From Bacteroidales bacterium (GTDB taxonomy: Bacteria; Bacteroidota; Bacteroidia; Bacteroidales; F082), in contig JAFPUN010000012.1 in assembly GCA_017395365.1 (NCBI GenBank), positions 19,330-83,329 of the forward strand: a stretch of 64,000 nt of DNA, read 5' to 3'. The translations under genes were made by a program, and so were the position numbers. The notes under the pieces are model-generated. The model was not told the DNA's origin, ran no database searches, and was given only the letters and a program-made list of their open reading frames with translations. Shown piece after piece: positions 61,500 to 64,000 of the stretch; within the stretch, counting starts at the first letter, position 1; every line of letters starts with the position of its first letter.

Positions 61500-62519
61500 T
61501 TATGCATTGATTATCGATTGGGCGATTCTGTCGAAAGCCTTGGTAACCGGCGAGTCTGCATCCAAGGCCAACGGCGTACCTGCGTCACCACATTCTGCAA
61601 TCTTTTCCGTAATCGGGATTTGGCCCAAGAGCGGCACACCCAATTGTTCGGCAAACTCCTTGCCTGTCTCCTTACCGAAGATGTAGTATTTCTTATCAGG
61701 CATGTCAGAAGGCGTAAAGTAGGCCATATTCTCCACCAAACCATAGATAGGGATTTGCAGTGCCTCTTCCTTGAACATCATCGCGGCACGCAGCACATCG
61801 GCAAAGGCCACCTTCTGCGGTGTGGTCACAATGAGGGCACCCGACACATTGTATTGTTGTGCCAAGGTCAGTTGGATATCACCTGTCCCAGGAGGCATGT
61901 CGACAACCATCCAGTCCAATTCACCCCAAAGGGTGTCATTCATCAACTGGTTCAGGGCGCTGGTGGCCATGGGACCACGCCAGATGAGCGGACGGTCGGC
62001 ATCAACGAAGCTTCCAATACTCATCAACTTAATGCTGTAACGCTCGATGGGCACCATCACGGTCTTGCCGTCTTTTTCGAAAGCAGCGGGTTGCTCGTTG
62101 CCGAGTCCAAACATCATCGGGACGGAAGGACCGTAGATATCGGCATCAATCAAGCCTACACGCTGGTTGGCACGCGCCAGAGCGATGGCGAGGTTGGCCG
62201 CCACCGTCGACTTGCCCACACCGCCCTTGCCAGAGGCCACGGCGATGATGTGTTTCACCTTCGAAAGGGCAGTCTTCTCTTCCACCACCTTGATCTCAAT
62301 CTCCAGATCTTCACCAAACACCTCGGTCAGGGTGCGCTTGGCACCATTCACCAAGATATCGTTTTTCGGGTCGTTGGCATGTTCCATAACCAGGTCGAAA
62401 CGGATGACATTATCCTTAACCATCAGATTCTCAACCATATTTAAGGCAACAATATTGTCCCCCTTGGGGAAATAAATAACATCCTTCAGGACTTCTATGA
62501 CATTTTCTTTATTTAGCAT
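61500..62519 (-). CDS. Mrp/NBP35-family Fe-S cluster carrier ATPase (ApbC-like)
   Basis: IAVASGKGGVGKSTVAANLAIALA deviant Walker A, and an N-terminal DUF59-like domain. Confidence 0.85.
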   Translation of the reverse strand: MLNKENVIEVLKDVIYFPKGDNIVALNMVENLMVKDNVIRFDLVMEHANDPKNDILVNGAKRTLTEVFGEDLEIEIKVVEEKTALSKVKHIIAVASGKGGVGKSTVAANLAIALARANQRVGLIDADIYGPSVPMMFGLGNEQPAAFEKDGKTVMVPIERYSIKLMSIGSFVDADRPLIWRGPMATSALNQLMNDTLWGELDWMVVDMPPGTGDIQLTLAQQYNVSGALIVTTPQKVAFADVLRAAMMFKEEALQIPIYGLVENMAYFTPSDMPDKKYYIFGKETGKEFAEQLGVPLLGQIPITEKIAECGDAGTPLALDADSPVTKAFDRIAQSIINA

Positions 62520-62540
62520 GATTTTAAATAATTAACGCTG

Positions 62541-62548
62541 CAAAGGTA
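62541..62548 (-). promoter_or_regulatory. -7 box (TAccTTTG) for mrp-nifU
   Basis: Plus strand caaaggta, 22 nt upstream of the ATG at 62519. Confidence 0.45.
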
Positions 62549-62555
62549 AGAAATA

Positions 62556-62587
62556 GTTTAGAGTTGAGGGTTTAGAGTTTAGAGTTT
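62556..62587. repeat. Tandem tttagag units
   Basis: gtttagagtt at 62556 and 62570 plus an overlapping third unit. Inverse of the 13391-13414 decamers. Confidence 0.7.
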
Positions 62588-62593
62588 TTTTGA

Positions 62594-64000
62594 TTAATGC
62601 TTAAGGGTGATGCGTTTGGAGATGAAGCCTTCCACCGTCTTGACGCGCAACAGATAGAGTCCTTCGGACACTTGTTGCAGATTGACAGTCGTTTGTTCTC
62701 CTGAAACTTCCTTCTGTAAGACACACTGTCCTAGCGTGTTGTAAACCGACACCTCCGTCATGCCTATCGCTTCAATTGTAATCTTTCCACTTGTCGGGTT
62801 GGGATAGAACTTTATCGAGGCTTCGCTTTCGTTGATTCCCGTGGGAGAATAGTAGACATGCAACTCAAATTCGTTGGGGCGGTATTTACGATTGGCCGGC
62901 GACGAGGTGCAATCCAAGTCACCATAGTAGGCATAGAGACGGTAATAGTAATCGCCTTCTTGGTTCAGTGCATTGTCGGTATAGGTCAACGCCGAGGTGC
63001 CCAACAACTTGATGCGGTGGAATTCGCCATCGCCGTCCTTGCGGAAGAGATAATAGCCCGAAAGACCTTCATGTGGCTCGGGCTTCTCCCATGTCAGTTT
63101 CGGCTTGTAGCTGCTAGTCAACTCAAAATCGAGGTTGCGAGGTGGATAGCAGGGGCCCGCCGTGGCACACGATTCATTGGAATACTCGCCACTCTCGCCG
63201 CCTTCGCAAAGCACCGCCACTCGATAGCAATGGCCGCCTTGCGTAACCGTCTGATCCAAAAAGGTATTGCCCTCCTGGATAAGGCGATACAATAGGCCAT
63301 CACGATAGATATTGTAGCCGTAGCCTGGATGATCGACGGCATCCCAAGTCAGCAGGATGGCATCTTCTTGAGATGTCGCCACAAGGTTTTCGGGCACACC
63401 ACATGACAAATCGCCACCGCAGGTGTTATTGATTTCAAAGAAAACACCCGACGGCAAGTCGTCGGAAGAGCCTGAATAGGAATATACCGTTTGCCCGTTC
63501 GCATCCTTGATGACGAAGGCCATCTGGCTGACGGTTTCTTGGGGAGCCGTCCATCCAAAGCTCAAACGGCCTAATGGCATATCGGGTTCGACCGAAATGG
63601 TGGTCGAAGAGGTCATCGTGTAATGACCCAACTCCTGACCGCCCATATTGTAAGCGCTGATATAGCCACCACGCCACCCTTGGAACGAATTCGTCGTCAT
63701 GATGATCTTCCACGGACATGAGGGACCTACCATCACCTTCATTATGTTGGCATGCTTGCCCACACGACCGTTGGCCACAGCATAAACAGCATAATGGTAC
63801 ACATCGTAACGCGGCACATCGGCATCTTCATACTCGAGCGTTGCCCCAGGATTGACATCAGACAAAGTGGCGATAACCTCATTGTCACGCATTATAACAA
63901 CACTTTCAATATCCATTAGATTTGACCCGTCAAGCGTAGTTGTAGGGTTGGTCCAAGTGAGATGCACCTTTAGGTCGCTATCGGAAACCGGCACCGCCGA
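62594..64000 (-). CDS. Fn3-like repeat protein with T9SS C-terminal sorting domain (5' end outside window)
   Basis: The frame is open to nt 64000. C-terminus KFYPNPTSGKITIEA...GLYLLRVKTVEGFISKRITLKH. Confidence 0.75.
   Translation of the reverse strand, partial: SAVPVSDSDLKVHLTWTNPTTTLDGSNLMDIESVVIMRDNEVIATLSDVNPGATLEYEDADVPRYDVYHYAVYAVANGRVGKHANIMKVMVGPSCPWKIIMTTNSFQGWRGGYISAYNMGGQELGHYTMTSSTTISVEPDMPLGRLSFGWTAPQETVSQMAFVIKDANGQTVYSYSGSSDDLPSGVFFEINNTCGGDLSCGVPENLVATSQEDAILLTWDAVDHPGYGYNIYRDGLLYRLIQEGNTFLDQTVTQGGHCYRVAVLCEGGESGEYSNESCATAGPCYPPRNLDFELTSSYKPKLTWEKPEPHEGLSGYYLFRKDGDGEFHRIKLLGTSALTYTDNALNQEGDYYYRLYAYYGDLDCTSSPANRKYRPNEFELHVYYSPTGINESEASIKFYPNPTSGKITIEAIGMTEVSVYNTLGQCVLQKEVSGEQTTVNLQQVSEGLYLLRVKTVEGFISKRITLKH

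Overview
This is a 64-kb chromosomal segment of a Bacteroidota, probably Bacteroidales, genome. The assignment rests on TAnnTTTG -7 promoter boxes upstream of most genes and both tRNAs, four proteins with T9SS C-terminal sorting domains, a BACON-repeat lipoprotein, and GldE/LptC/PpiD/Lnt/LolE envelope genes.

Layout:
- nt 1-5.9 kb: the right-hand part of an NBU-like integrated island. It carries a sigma-r4/HARE-HTH protein, two excisionase-type HTH genes, a primase-like gene and a PriCT-2/DUF3987 helicase-like gene. It ends at the 3' end of tRNA-Lys(CTT), whose acceptor stem looks hybrid. The integrase and the other junction are outside the window.
- 6-29.7 kb: core genes. These are an LTA-synthase-family protein, a LytTR two-component system with a MacAB-TolC-type efflux operon, aqpZ, an FG-GAP T9SS protein, hemW, a C69 dipeptidase, a BACON lipoprotein, a ppiD-gldE-lptC-TPR-porin block and tRNA-Phe.
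- 29.9-33.9 kb: the most unusual locus. A tightly coupled operon encodes an HprK-like kinase, a TM-less Ser/His-type S26 peptidase, a PqqD-like protein and a PF14907-like nucleotidyltransferase. A separately promoted, untracked 37-aa ORF and a fimbrillin-like lipoprotein follow it. This is lasso-peptide-style tailoring machinery with no lasso cyclase or B2 protease in the window.
- 33.9-64 kb: core genes. These are lnt, dus, rocD, lolE, rbfA, an S8/T9SS protease, dtd, holA, amn, a ParE-type TA module with a third repeat-protein gene, rsmD, an OlsF-like fused acyltransferase, rluE-like, a PduO-type adenosyltransferase, nifU/mrp and more T9SS cargo.

Several families of short palindromic repeats run through the window. 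At least four copies sit in frame inside intact housekeeping ORFs, two in hemW and two in dus. I saw no rRNA, CRISPR array, transposase or integrase. All domain calls are by eye from motifs and no database search was possible.
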